Source: Octopus sinensis (Eukaryota). Taken from it: DNA of 64,000 nucleotides. The translations under genes and the position numbers were made by a program. The DNA lies in the NCBI RefSeq assembly GCF_006345805.1, contig NC_042997.1, positions 39,370,001-39,434,000 of the forward strand. Reading direction: 5' to 3'. Positions 51,633-64,000 of the stretch are shown here, piece after piece. Within the stretch, counting starts at the first letter, position 1; every line of letters starts with the position of its first letter. The notes beneath the pieces were generated by a model. That model saw only the letters and a list, made by a program, of their open reading frames with translations. It was not told the origin of the DNA and made no database searches.

Positions 51633-52387
51633 CCAAAGTTCTTAAGTTTTTAGTATGCTTTAGTATAGCTTTTGCTATTCATCTTTACTTTTATTCAATA
51701 TCATGATATTTTTTCCTTTCCATTTCTGATTCCAACATTCCAGCCAGGATCATATATTTTCTTATGACAATCTGTAAGTTTACCTCTGAATGTTTTGTTC
51801 ATTTTTAAGATGGTATATGTCAGTTTAGGGACCTTCCAAAAAAGCTGCTCCTATCATGTGGATATGCAATGGTTATAGTTTAAGTCAGCAGGATCCAGCA
51901 CGCATGACTTTTGTCACTGTGTGTGTTATCACTCCAGAATATTCACTACTACACCATCATCTGAAGAACACTCCGCCTCTGCATACAACAAATAGTAACT
52001 GCATCTATATAACATTATTATCTCCAAACAATGTGCTGGCATGTACACTGCTGGAGATAAGTGCTGGCAACTGTTGCATTCCAACTGAGTCTACTATGAC
52101 TGCCTCTGCTCTGGCCACTACCAGATTCTGCAGTCATAGAGAAACTGACTGAATAGCGGAGAAAATGCAGCATACCAGACTGCACCCCGTCTTCAAGGTT
52201 AAACAACCTAACCTCAGTGTGCAGTTTTATTCTCAACAAGGTTTATAAACATTGTATCAAGTGTACTTGATGTGCGTTATTGTACCTAGTTGTTTTACTT
52301 GCTACTTGTATGCTATTGGTTTGTTCAATGGGAACTTTTAGAATTATAAAAATTTAACCTGTTTCTTTAATGAATATAATAAGCTAA

Positions 52388-52588
52388 CTCTTTTACTCTT
52401 TTACTTATTTCAGTCATTTGACAGCGGCCATGCTGGAGCACCGCTTTTAGTCGAGCAAATCGACCCCGGGACTTATTCTTTGTAAGCCCAGTACTTATTC
52501 TATCGGTCTCTTTTGCTGAATTGCTAAGTGACGGAGACGTAAACACACCAGCATCGGTTGTCAAGCAATGCTAGGGGGACAAACACAG

Positions 52589-52623
<35 letters not shown>

Positions 52624-52792
52624 CATATATACAACCGGCTTCTTTCAGTTTCCGTCTACCAAATCCACTCACAAGGCATTGGTCGGCCCGGGGCTATAGC
52701 AGAAGACACTTGCCCAAGATGCCACGCAGTGGGACTGAACCCAGAACCATGTGGTTGGTTAGCAAGCTACTTACCACACAGCCACTCCTGCG
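52388..52792 (-). mobile_element. SINE family B
   Basis: Full reverse copy. Confidence 0.85.
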
Positions 52793-53643
52793 CTTGATGT
52801 ACTGTATTATATTGGCATGTTAGAAGTTGGTGTTATCACCAAAGATATTGTTTCTAATTTCTTTACAAAGATGCAGCTTCAAGGGCAAAGATTTGAAAAT
52901 ATTTATAGAATTTTAATTTGGTGGGATTCATTACTTTGCTAATTTATATTATATTGGGTATTTTTGTATGGTCTTGTGTGTAATTCTTGGTAGCTCTATT
53001 TTGGGCTTAATGGATTGATTGGAAAACATGACTGGGAAAAGGATTTTGGCTTCTCAGTTCAGAGTATGTCTAGTTTAACAGAACCTGATTATGAATATTA
53101 AGATTCATCATATTCATCTTTGTTTGATGTCCACTGTCCATGCTGACATGGGTTGGATGGTTTGACTTAGAACTGGCAAGCTGGGAGGCTGCACCAGGCT
53201 CTAATCTGATTTGGCAAGATGTCTACTGTTGGATGCCCTTCCTAATGCCAACCACTCCGAGAGTGTAGTGGGTGCCTTTTAGATGCTACTGGTATGGGAG
53301 CCAGTCAGGCGGCACTGGCATTGGCCACGCTCGAATGGTGCTGTTTATGTGCCACCAGCATGGGTACCAGTCAGGCAGTACTAGCATTGGTCATGCTCGA
53401 ATAGTGCTTCTTATGTCCCACTGGACTGGGTGTCAGTGATGTGGCACTGGCTTCATCTACAACTACAATTACTCAGTTCAACCGGTCTTCACAAGCAGGG
53501 CCTATTGTCTGACAAGTGAAGGGGCCAGTTATGTGACACTGGCATCAGCCACGACTATTATCTCACTTGGCTTGCTGGGTCTTCTCAAGCACTGCATACC
53601 TAGTTTTTCTTACTTTGTTTTGATTGAAGCATATTAAAATCAT

Positions 53644-54030
53644 TGTGGAGGTGCAATGGCCCAGTGGTTAGGGCAGCGGACTCGCGGTCATAGGATCTCG
53701 GTTTCGATTCCCAGACCGGGCGTTGTGAGTGTTTATTGAGCGAAAACACCTAAAAGCTCCACGAGAGTCCGGCAGGGGATGGTGGTGATCCCTGCTGTAC
53801 GCTTTCACCACAACTTTCTCTCACTCTTACTTCCTGTTTCTGTTGTACCTGTATTTCAAAGGGCCGGCCTTGTCACTCTCTGTGTCACGCTGAATATCCC
53901 CGAGAACTATGTTAAGGTTACACATGTCTGTGGAGTGCTCAGCCACTTACACGTTAATTTCACGAGCAGGCTGTTCCATTGATCGGATCAACCGGAACCC
54001 TCGTCGTAACCGACGGAGTGTTTCCATTCC
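53644..54030 (+). mobile_element. SINE family D, tail type 2
   Basis: 11-bp TSD attaaaatcat (53633-53643, 54031-54041). Confidence 0.9.
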
Positions 54031-54099
54031 ATTAAAATCATGCACTTTTAGCTGTAGTTTTAAGAATGTGAATATCAAATCTAACTAGTATATAAATTC

Positions 54100-54291
54100 T
54101 TGTGCCGGTGGCACGTAAAAAGCACCCACTACACTCACGGAGTGGTTGGCGTTAGGAAGGTCATCCAGCCGTAGAAACATTGCCAGATCAAGATTGGAGC
54201 CTGGCGTAGCCTTCTGGCTTCCCAGACCCCAGTTGAACCGTCCAACCCATGCTAGCATGGAAAGCGGACGCTAAACGATAATGATGATGAT
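54100..54291 (+). mobile_element. Family C element, 5'-truncated (single unit). An older reverse copy is at ~53100-53600
   Basis: Body plus tail. Confidence 0.8.
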
Positions 54292-55235
54292 TTACTAAGC
54301 ACATGTCAAATTTTGTTTTTGTTGTAAAGGGAAAATGTATTCATGAGTGGCTGTAAATTGTCAGTGTTGTGTCTGTAAGTAGCTCAACTGAAAATCACGG
54401 GCCTCTTGAAATTCTGTTTTTGCTGTGACATCAGTTTTAAATTGGATTAGAAGAGAAAATGGAATTATGCATTAGCCGACAGGTTAGCTTCCTAAAATGT
54501 TTGCCACAAACCCAAGATTCCTCCAGCTGTAGGCCTTCTGACTAACTGTAGCCCTATGCAAGAGAAAGTGTAGTTGAAAGTGGCACAGCATGTAAAAGTT
54601 ACCATTCAACTGATGGTTCATTCCACATGTTTGTAGAAAGCACGAACTCTACTAAAGACATCCAAGGTCAACACTATAGGAGTTGAGTCAAAATGCTTGT
54701 TAACCATACCACCCATTAAAAAAAAAAAAAAGATAACTTTAAAATATACCATTTCTGCTTATCTGACAATAATAATAAGTGTTTCTCATAGAGGTGCAAA
54801 GCCTGAAATTTGTGAATGACCCTTATTGTTCTTCTGCCGGACGAGATAGTGAAGATGCCGACGACCACTCAGTTCAAAGTCTCCCTTGACCATAAATGGC
54901 CTGATCTCTTTGCATGAACACCCTCCCTGTACATAACTCCATGTCCCCCTACATGGCCTTGCTTTTTGCTTTTTGAGCCAAAAAATTAACTTAACTTAAC
55001 TTAACTATCTCTGCTTAATTAAAAGTAAACCAAAATTCAGAAATATGACATGTCTGTTAGGTGTCTTCTACACTGGACACTAGTATTGACCTTGGTGTTT
55101 TATCAGTGTATATTTTGACTTTAAATCTTTCTAGATGTTGATTTTACTTTTCATACATCTGAGTGAGGTTAATAAAATAATTTTATCATTTAGATTTACC
55201 ATCTAAATAAAAAAATGACAAAATCAAAAATCAAA

Positions 55236-55594
55236 ATCGATCAACATGAATGGAAATTGTTGCTGTGATTCAGTGCTGCTGGCACATAAGAGAACCATCC
55301 AAATGTGGCCGTTGCCAGTGCCGACCTGACTGGCTTCCGTGCCGGTGGCACGTAAAAAGCACCATCCGACCGTGGCCGTTTGCCAGACTTGTCTGGCACC
55401 TGTGCAGGTGGCAGGTAAAAAGCACCCACTACACTCATGGAGTGGTTGGCGTTAGGAAGGGCATCCAGCCATAGAAACATTGCCAGATCAGACTGAGCCT
55501 GGTGCAGCCTTCTGGCTTCCCAGACCCCAGTTGCACCGTCCAACCCATGCCAGCATGGAAAGCGGACGCTACACGATGATGATGATGATGATGA
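55236..55594 (+). mobile_element. Family C element
   Basis: Leader remnant aatcgatcaa..tggaaattg, ~2 units, body, (GAT)n tail. Confidence 0.8.
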
Positions 55595-56174
55595 TCTCTA
55601 TGTATTTGATGCTGCTAGTCTGTTTTATAGGTTTCTTTATATTCATAATAGGCTGTATTTTAGCCTGCAGAAAATAGCAAACTTGATTTTAAAGTATTCT
55701 TCAATTTTTGCTGACAAACACAATATTAATTTTTTTTTGTGTTTTAAGACTGAATCAATTTGGTTGTTGAAGGAATATATTTTTGCTTGTCTGTTTTCTA
55801 CAACTTACTAGATATTGAAATTCACATATATATATATATTTATATATATATATAGATTCCATTTGGAGCAGTTTATGACAGCTTTTTGCAATTTTCCTGG
55901 GTTTAGCATTTTGCAACTATTGATTGAATGTCTCATATTCACCAATTTCTCTTCATGAAGTTGACATTTGCCAGTTCCTTAGATGTCTATTCTAAATGTT
56001 GATTCGGAGCAACTATTAGCAGCTTTCTTTTATGATTTCCAAATCTTGTGCTTAAACTATTTCATTATTTATTTATTTTGCTCCTATCGTTCAAAGATTT
56101 ATTATTGCTTAATAATAAACAATAAAGCAGAAATGGTTGTTTTTAACCTTTTTCCTTAATTTTATGGGTAATAT

Positions 56175-56580
56175 TACTCTTACTCTTTTACTTGTTTCAG
56201 TCATTTGACTGCGGCCATGCTGGAGCACCGCCTTTAGTCGAGCAAATCGACCCCGGGACTTATTCTTTGTAAGCCCAGTACTTATTCTATCGGTCTCTTT
56301 TGCCAAACCGCTAAGTGACAAGAACGTAAACACACCAGCATCGGTTGTCAAGCAATGCTAGGGGGACAGACACACAAACATATACACACACACATATATA
56401 TATATATACATATATATGACAGGCTTCTTTCAGTTTCCGTCTACCAAATCCACTCACAAGGCATTGGTCGGCCCGGGGCTATAGCAGAAGACACTTGCCG
56501 AAGATGCCACGCAGTGGGACTGGACCCGGAACCATGTGGCTGGTTAGCAAGCTACTTACCACATAGCCACTCCTGCGCCT
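56175..56580 (-). mobile_element. SINE family B
   Basis: Full reverse copy. Confidence 0.85.
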
Positions 56581-56899
56581 AACAAACTACTTGGTTTAAC
56601 ACCACTCTATTGACCTTGGGTATCTAGCATACTTTTCTATGCTGTAAGCATTTAGAACAGATTTCTTAGTTTGTTAATATTCTGCTGCCGTTCTTTTGTG
56701 TATTGCTACTGTTTATCAGGGTTACAGGTGGAAAAAGTTTCTGAGTAAAGGCCTACTGCTAGATATCACAAATCGAAGCCCTTGTGTAATATCTTAGGAG
56801 AATTCTCTATCAGCTGGTGTATGAATCTGTATCCTCTTCTCAAGCTTGTAACTAGTGCTCTCAGTAAGTACAGGCTTTCAAAGGGCTTTCCTGCATTCC

Positions 56900-58130
56900 A
56901 TCTAGGCTACTTATAGGGAGTGAAGTGATGATTTACAGCAGAATGAATTGTGTTCTCTCCTCTTAGAAAATGAAGTTGAAATATATCAGGAATGAAAACA
57001 AACCTGCTGGAAAATTCTTCTTAGTTAACCTCTAGGGAGCTTAGGGTAACCTAGATTCCCCTCTCCCCACTAACTAAATACACAAACCACTCATTCTGTT
57101 TTTTCTCTTACATAAATCTCTGCTCCAACTCTGCTGTTCAGGCTACACTCTACTCTAAATTTGCTTGAAAAAGTCACGTGTGCATGTAGATAGAATTCAC
57201 TTTCCCCCCCCACAACCTACCTTTCTCACCTTGATTTCAGCAGCAATGATTTCCAGTTACTCTAGTTCAGCCTTTCTTTTCTATTCTAAATTTATCTGTT
57301 ATTTCTATCATTCCCAAAACTCAGCCTCACCTCTTTGACTATCTCATCTCTTGTTGCATCTTACCTCAGTCTGGAATCATCATTCTTAGTGACTCAGTAT
57401 ACACAGCTCATGGCTTTCACACGTCTTCCACTGCAACATTGCTGGCATAGGGATCAAATCATTTGTCATCTTTTGCCTGCTCCAATTCCTTCTTGTACCT
57501 TCGAGAGACACACACCAAGCATCTTTTGATCTGTTTCTCAAATGGAAACTCAACCTTTACACAGCCATGACAATCTTTGCATCAGTTGGAATGTCTGATC
57601 ACTGCCTAATCAAAACAAAAGTGTCTGAACACCCTTTTACCCAACAATGCTTTCATTTTCTGAGCTAGATAGCTCTGCCATTTCTATGCCAACTTATAAC
57701 AGTAAATGTATTTGATTGCTACCCTTCTGAGTGACTGAAACCATCCCCCTTGACATGTTCTTTCACATCCTTCACACAAACAAAGCCTATAAACCCCCAA
57801 ACCCCAGAAGGGATTTACAGTGTGAGTACAAAACTGCTTACAAACTTTAGAAGTCACCAACCACTATAACTGATGCAAAATTGCCATCAGAAGAGCAAAA
57901 GATTATTGTGCAGTTTGTAAGCTTTCCTGGATCCTAAATACCAGTATCTTCTCATCTCTTACCAAGAGTGTCTTCACTAGCTTTTGTGGAATCTTCCTAG
58001 CCATCATTTCTTGGCTGTTAGTAGCACCTCTGTTGAGAAAAACACTCCACATTTGCTGTCTTTGTTTCTGACTCAGTACCACACTCTCAACAAAAGTTGT
58101 TTGTACATGATCTCAATCTCATCTTCACAT
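56900..58130 (+). pseudogene. APE-endonuclease LINE relic
   Basis: Remnants of the APE C-terminal motifs: ..FDLFL.. and VGMSDHCLI (SDH). Confidence 0.5.
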
Positions 58131-58147
58131 ACTCATTTTCCTTTAGA

Positions 58148-58495
58148 TGTTGGCCGTTGCCAGCGCCGCCCCGATTGGCCTCCATGCCGGTGGCACGTAA
58201 AAAGCACCATCCGATCGTGGCTGTTTGCCAGCCTCGTCTGGCCCCCGTGCCGGTGGCACGTAAAAAGCACCATCCGATCGTGGCTGTTTGCCAGCCTCGT
58301 CTGGCACCTGTGCAGGTGGCACATAAAAAGCACCAACTACACTCTCAGAGTGGTTGGCGTTAGGAAAGGCATCCAGCTGTAGAAACACTGCCAGATCAGA
58401 CTGGAGCCTGGCGCAGCCTTCAGGCTTTCCAGACCCCAGTTGAACCGTCCAACCCATGCTAGCATGGAAAACGGATGTTAAATGATGATGACGAT
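58148..58495 (+). mobile_element. Family C element, 63-bp units
   Basis: Units start at 58189 and 58252, followed by the body and tail. Confidence 0.85.
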
Positions 58496-59139
58496 GTTGT
58501 CTAAGATGTATAATTCAATTGATTGGCAATAATTCACTGACTATCACTCTTCAACTATTGAGATAACAGCTTGGAGTTCTTTCTTTTTGCATCTTCATTG
58601 ACCTTAACTTTTCTGAACTAGCTTTTTGCACACCCTCTTCATTTAGGCCCACCCATCCTATGCATCTCTTCTCCTCCCCATATCCTTTACTCTGTTCCAT
58701 GTCTCTGATCCTCACATTAAACACTTTAATCAGTCCTTATTCCTCAGGATTGCAACTTTTTTCACCCTCACCTAGCTCATGCTTTTCCATCATCATCATC
58801 ACTTAATGTCCGTTGCCCATGCTGGCATGGGTTGGACGGTTTGACCAGGGCTGGCAAGCTGGAAGGCTACACCAGACTCCAGTCTGATTTGGCATGGTTT
58901 CCATAGTTGGAGGCCCTTCCTAACTCCGACCACTCTGAGAGTGTCTGGTGTTCAGATGATACATTGACCTATAAACGTTTAAATTGAAACATTCTTTGCA
59001 TCAGTCTAGTTTGACTCATTAAATCAAAATGCTAAATTAAATTGCCTTTCTGTATTTAGTTAATTCCTCTCAATGTTCTAAGTTCAAATCTTGCCATGAT
59101 CAACTGCACTTATCTCTGTTAATACAAATTTTATTCAGT

Positions 59140-59440
59140 TGTAATATTTCAATGAGAAAAAAGTATGAGTTTCGGAGATGTACTCGCATAGCAAGTGATT
59201 TGATCTGAGACCGTGTGCTGAAGCGAAAACAATTGCAGCGTGGAAGGTATTTGTAAGCCATTTAAGAAACACACAAAAGCCGTTCAATTCAGCTAGATGC
59301 AGCACGGATTTTGTCAGTAAACAGGTCGCGGTCTTAAAGTGATGAAAATATTTTGACAAATTAAACTTAAATGTTGAAGTGAATTGAACGGCTTTTGTGT
59401 GTTTCTTAAATGGCTTACAAACACCTTCCACGCTGCAAAG
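59140..59440. mobile_element. Inverted-repeat element (59-bp arms), Penelope-like pLTR remnant, containing a hammerhead-like fold
   Basis: Arms 59233-59291 and 59380-59438 differ at one position. The spacer has stem I/II/III topology and GAAA. Confidence 0.5.
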
Positions 59441-59938
59441 TATGAGTTAAGTTTCAGAAAACATTAGCATTAATGGTTTAGGATTTACACTTATTTCAAT
59501 CATGGGGTCTCTATAGTGATAAATGCCTTTAATATCTCACAGTGAATATCATGTACTCACTTATTTCTATAAAAAGCTTTCAATCAATTTAAAATATTCA
59601 TTCATTATTTATACACCTGAAGGTGTGGCAAGCTGACAATCATTTGTGTGTTGGTCAGAATGCTTAGAAGTATTTCTTATGACTGAATTCTGTATACAAA
59701 TTTTTATGGGGTTGACTTTGCCTTTCATCCTTTTGTTGTCAATAAAATTGCATCAGATGAATAACGGGGTTCATGTAATCAATCTGCCCTTTCCCCTAAA
59801 AATGCCGAATTTATGCTGAAAATATTTATCCATTATTTGTATTCATGATTTGGTTTTAAATTCACAAATGTTATATTTCATCATTATTTCTAATTTCGTT
59901 GCCACTTAAAACAAAATTCTCATTGTTTTTTTTTATAG

Positions 59939-60151
59939 GATGTGTGTATGGCTACCAATAATACAATAGTGTGCATCATTAGAGACTTGGTAGATAAGAA
60001 GAATCCAAGGAAGAAACGCAAATTTTACTTGCCAGCTTCTAAAAAGGTAGCAGATATGATTCAAGAGGTAGCAGATACTTGTGGCTACAATGCCAACACT
60101 ATATCTATGAATTACGAAAAACCATCAGTGTCTGGGTATTACGATGTAAAG
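59939..60151 (+). CDS. USP47: USP47-like exon 2 (N-terminal ubiquitin-like domain), 71 codons
   Basis: Acceptor ttttttttatag|GAT, donor AAG|gtattg. DVCMATNNTIVCIIRDLVDKKNPRKKRKFYLPASKKVADMIQEVADTCGYNANTISMNYEK resembles vertebrate USP47 VLCIIQD...LNLPAS..V..L..DVA...GY (recalled). No further exon identified in the window. Confidence 0.8.
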
Positions 60152-60237
60152 GTATTGTTCTTTTTTATTTTTTTCTCATGTTCATTTTCCTCCTTGTATT
60201 TTTCAAGAAATGAATTCATGTAAAATATTAAAAAAAT

Positions 60238-60666
60238 TTAACCTTTTAGCATTTAACCCTTTAGTGTTCAGATTATTCTATCAAACAATATGTTTATTGG
60301 TTCACACTGATTTGAATTAATCATGCATGATCTCATATCTTCAAGATCTTGATGGTGTAATTACTTAATGTAGAATAACATTGTAGGGTAGGTGTGAGAG
60401 CCTGGATCTGGTCAGTTTGAACATAAAACCAAATATTTTGGCCGGATATGGCCGGTTTAAATACTAAAGGGTTAAACCAGCCATATCTGGCCAAAATATT
60501 TGGTTTTATGTTCAAGCTGGCCTGATCCTGCCTCTCACATCCATCCTACAGTGTCAGTGTAAGAATAAACAAACATCATCATTGAAGTCTTGAAGTTATC
60601 ACATAATACATGCTTAATTCAAAAGTATGAATAAATAAAACGGAAATCTGAATGCTAAAGGATTAA
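60238..60666. mobile_element. Nested family G MITEs (inner 60257-60471 inside outer 60242-60662, opposite orientation)
   Basis: TTAA at 60238, 60253, 60472 and 60663. Removing the inner copy restores ccttttagcatTTAAaccagccatat...gaatgctaaagga. Confidence 0.8.
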
Positions 60667-61289
60667 TGTTAATGATTTAAAAAAAAAATAGTCATTCTAT
60701 TGTTTAGTGTTTAGCAGTAACTTTAGGCAATTGCATATTGTTGTATGAATTATTTTTGCATTTTGTTGCTTTTCCTGCCATTACCTGTTCAACCCTGAAC
60801 AATCTGATGCCGAAGAAAACTGAGATGTATGCAAAGAAACAATACAATGGTTACATATAGTTATGCTTTACATGTAGTAATGTCTGAACTCTGAAATTTG
60901 TAGTTAGTGGTCCAGCATCATAGTCCTGCAGTCATTGTAGTGTGGTTATAGCCTACTATTTTGTTGAGTTTTCCTCACAGACTGTTCAGCAATATTCAAG
61001 GCAATAGTGGATGAGCCAACAAACATCTTGATGAAATACAGTATGTACATTCATCTTACCAACATTCTGAGTTCAAATCTTAGTGTGTTCAGCATTACCT
61101 GTTCCTGTTAATAAACATTAATCAGAATGTTACTTTCTGCAATATTTGTATGTTACATTGTTAGTGAAATTTACTTTATTTCAAGCAACTTTTTGTATGT
61201 TATAGTATACAGGCAAATATTAAATGTATACTTATCAAGTTTCATGGTTGTGTGGTAGAGATACTAAATTAGGAAAAAAAGATGTTTTA

Positions 61290-61452
61290 TGTGGCTGTGT
61301 GGTAAATAGCTTGCTTACCAACCACATGGTTCCGGGTTCATTCCCACTGCGTGGCACCTTGGGCAAGTGTTTTCTACTATAGCCTTGGGCTGACCAAAGC
61401 CTTGTGAGTAGATTTGGTAGACAGAAACTGAAAGAAGCCTGTCGTATATATG

Positions 61453-61491
<39 letters not shown>

Positions 61492-61700
61492 ATGTTTGTG
61501 TGTCTGTGTTTGTCCCCCACAACTTCGCTTGACAACCGATACTGGTGTGTTTATGTCCCCATCACTTAGCAGTTCGGTAAAATAGACCGGTAGAATAAGT
61601 ACTAGGCTTACAAAGAATAAGTCCCGGGGTCGATTTGCTTGACTAAAAGGCGGTGTTCCAGCATGGTCGCAGTCAAATGACTGAAACAAGTAAAAGAGTA
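61290..61700 (+). mobile_element. SINE family B
   Basis: Full copy with (TA)n(TG)n interior. Confidence 0.85.
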
Positions 61701-62063
61701 AACAGTCAGATTAAACATTCATGTATGCTTCATGCTTTGATGGATTTTCTCCAATACCTAATAAAACCTTCAAAAATGTCAGTTTAACACATTTAAACTG
61801 GCCATATCCAGCCCAAACATTCTACATGTTTTATATTCAAACAGACCAGTTCTGGCCTCTCACACCTACCCTACAGTGTCATTCTCAAAAATTAACTAAT
61901 CACATCATCAAAATTCCAAAGCTATGAGAGAAGGCATGATTAATTTAAAACAATGTGAATTTAAATGATAATGTTGTAAACTATGCTTCATTCTTTCCTT
62001 ACTGAGTAACCCCATGAATTTAGTAGATAAGATGGGTTTTTTTTTTGTATAGACATCATTATC

Positions 62064-62292
62064 TGTTTCTTTATTACCCACAAGGGGCTAAACATAGAGG
62101 GGACAAACAAGGACAGACAAACGGATTAAGTCGATTACATCGACCCCCAGTGCATAACTGGTACTTAATTTATCGACCCAGAAAGGATGAAAGCAAAGTC
62201 GACCTCGGTGGAATTTGAACTCAGAACGTAATGGCAGACGAAATACGGCTACGCATATCACCCTGCGTGCTAATGGTTCTGCCAGCTCGCTG
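62064..62292 (-). mobile_element. SINE family A
   Basis: Full reverse copy of the 8272 type. Confidence 0.85.
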
Positions 62293-63119
62293 GCTTTTTA
62301 AAATTTTTTTTTTTTGTATAATCATTATCATATAAAAATGCTTATTGTTAATCACGTGCAGGGTTCATTTTTATTTTGCTAATTTTGAAGTGTATTTATT
62401 ATTGTTTTTTTTTTGTCATTTAAAAAGTTTATCACTAGACTTGAAACTAGGTAATCTCTGGTGTACCTTTTTAATCGTGAGTGCAATTAGAATCAGATGC
62501 TTGATGACAAACATGTTAATGCACCAATTTTCAAGATAGAAATGTTATTCTTTTGTTATTGTCAAAGTTAATTTAAGATGAGGAAGTGCACTTATATGCA
62601 GTCATGCTCATTTACTGGTCAACAGATTTAAGAACAATCAATATACTCCCAGTAAGAAAGTTTCTGAATTAAACAATTCTTATAGGTTCTTTATTTTGCT
62701 TTACCTCTCTCTAATCTGGAATTATTCACCCCCAACTAATTCAGAGGTTTGAAACAAATAGTGGATTTCTTTTCATTGATAAACTGTTGGTAAATTTTTT
62801 AAGTATTTTAACATTGTTAAAATACTGAATGGACATAGCATTAAATCACGAAAGAAAATTTTGTATTAGTCATATATTTCTGTGATCATGCAATTTTATA
62901 ACTGAAATTGTTAAAGCGTAGTTATTCAGCTTTCTGTGATCTAATTCTTTGATGCATTCTTTTGAATTTTCTGATGACCAATTCTGAAAGGTTTCTAGTT
63001 TTACATTCAAAGTGTGCATGTGTGTATGCATAATAAACTTATGTGTATTACACATTCATTTGTCTAGGTTTAACTAGTACATACAACCTATGTCTACATA
63101 GCGTGGTTTTGCAATGTAT

Positions 63120-63169
<50 letters not shown>

Positions 63170-63835
63170 ATTATTTTATTTTTTCTTTGTGCTGTTTCAT
63201 AGTTACACAACCATTGCAGTATTCTCAGTTTAGAGATTAGTAGTACTTATTTACTGCTTGGCAGACCATGCTGTGTACTATTCTGTCTTGCTGGAGGTTT
63301 TCAAAAGTTGTTTGAGATGATAACCTTTAGGTTTAACCACCACAAATTAATTTTTAGCAGTGGATTAGTATAATTATCAAGTTCGTTTGTTGATCTACTG
63401 CCAGTTTTTAGTGCTTATATTAATTAGCTAATTTCAAGAACTGTTTCCAAATTAAATTTTTAATGAATTCAGTTTTCTGAAATTAGAAACTTCAATTTAA
63501 TTGTTGTAACATTCAAAGCCTTCCTGTATCATGATTTTTTTTAATGATGTTACTGTGTATTTTAACCTACAGTTATCCTTGAAATTTGCTAACAGAAGCA
63601 AGAACCAAAATGCTAATTACTACTGGAAGGAGGCAATTACCTGCCAATTAAATTAGTGATTAGTGGTAGACCACAATATAAGCTTGGTTGTATTGATGAT
63701 TTTATACAATTAACTATGAATGGTAGTTTTTCTCACATTGAAAATTATTTTACTTCCAGCTTAATGAAGGGTGTTTATTTATATATTCTAACTCCTCTAT
63801 ATACTACTAGATTAGCCTTGTATGTACTGTATATA

Positions 63836-63876
<41 letters not shown>

Positions 63877-64000
63877 ATATGTATATATGTATGGGGATAT
63901 AATTAATAAATATCCTAGAAACAGCTGTAAGACCTATCTATAAGTGTTTTCATATCTACACAGCCTTGATTTTTTTTATCTCATTGCGCAAAAAATTCTT

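Noticed and set aside
60152-60223. C-terminal extension of ORF 59942..60223 (VLFFFIFFSCSF...)
   Set aside because: This is read-through into the intron past the donor at 60152.
63560-63660. Possible USP47 exon 3 after tttaacctacag
   Set aside because: The in-frame reading hits a stop with no donor and shows no resemblance to USP47.

Overview
AT-rich, repeat-dense animal genomic DNA, most likely a coleoid cephalopod such as Octopus (inferred from the SINE/MITE repertoire). Two protein-coding genes sit head-to-head. (1) A complete 5-exon ribosomal protein L10a/uL1 gene (RPL10A) lies on the minus strand, CDS 17298->13088, 217 aa, with a TCT/TOP initiator. (2) The 5' part of a USP47-like deubiquitinase lies on the plus strand: a 13-codon exon at 20055-20093, a 39.8-kb intron, and a 71-codon exon at 59939-60151; the gene continues past the window. 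The rest is transposon-derived: several tRNA-headed SINE families, an abundant RTE-type non-autonomous element with 5' arrays of hairpin units, RTE/RLE/APE LINE relics, mariner, hAT and piggyBac-like MITEs, two Helitrons, and microsatellites. Best finding: in RPL10A intron 3, a mimic of the 28S rRNA L1-stalk lies between the normal 5' splice site and a perfect downstream GTAAGT donor whose use would create a premature stop. This is a candidate molluscan L10ARE autoregulatory switch. Second: a degenerate minimal hammerhead-like fold with a G3-C8 swap inside a Penelope-like inverted repeat. No prokaryotic features or CRISPR arrays were found. Repeat boundaries were read by eye and are approximate unless a TSD or TIR is quoted.
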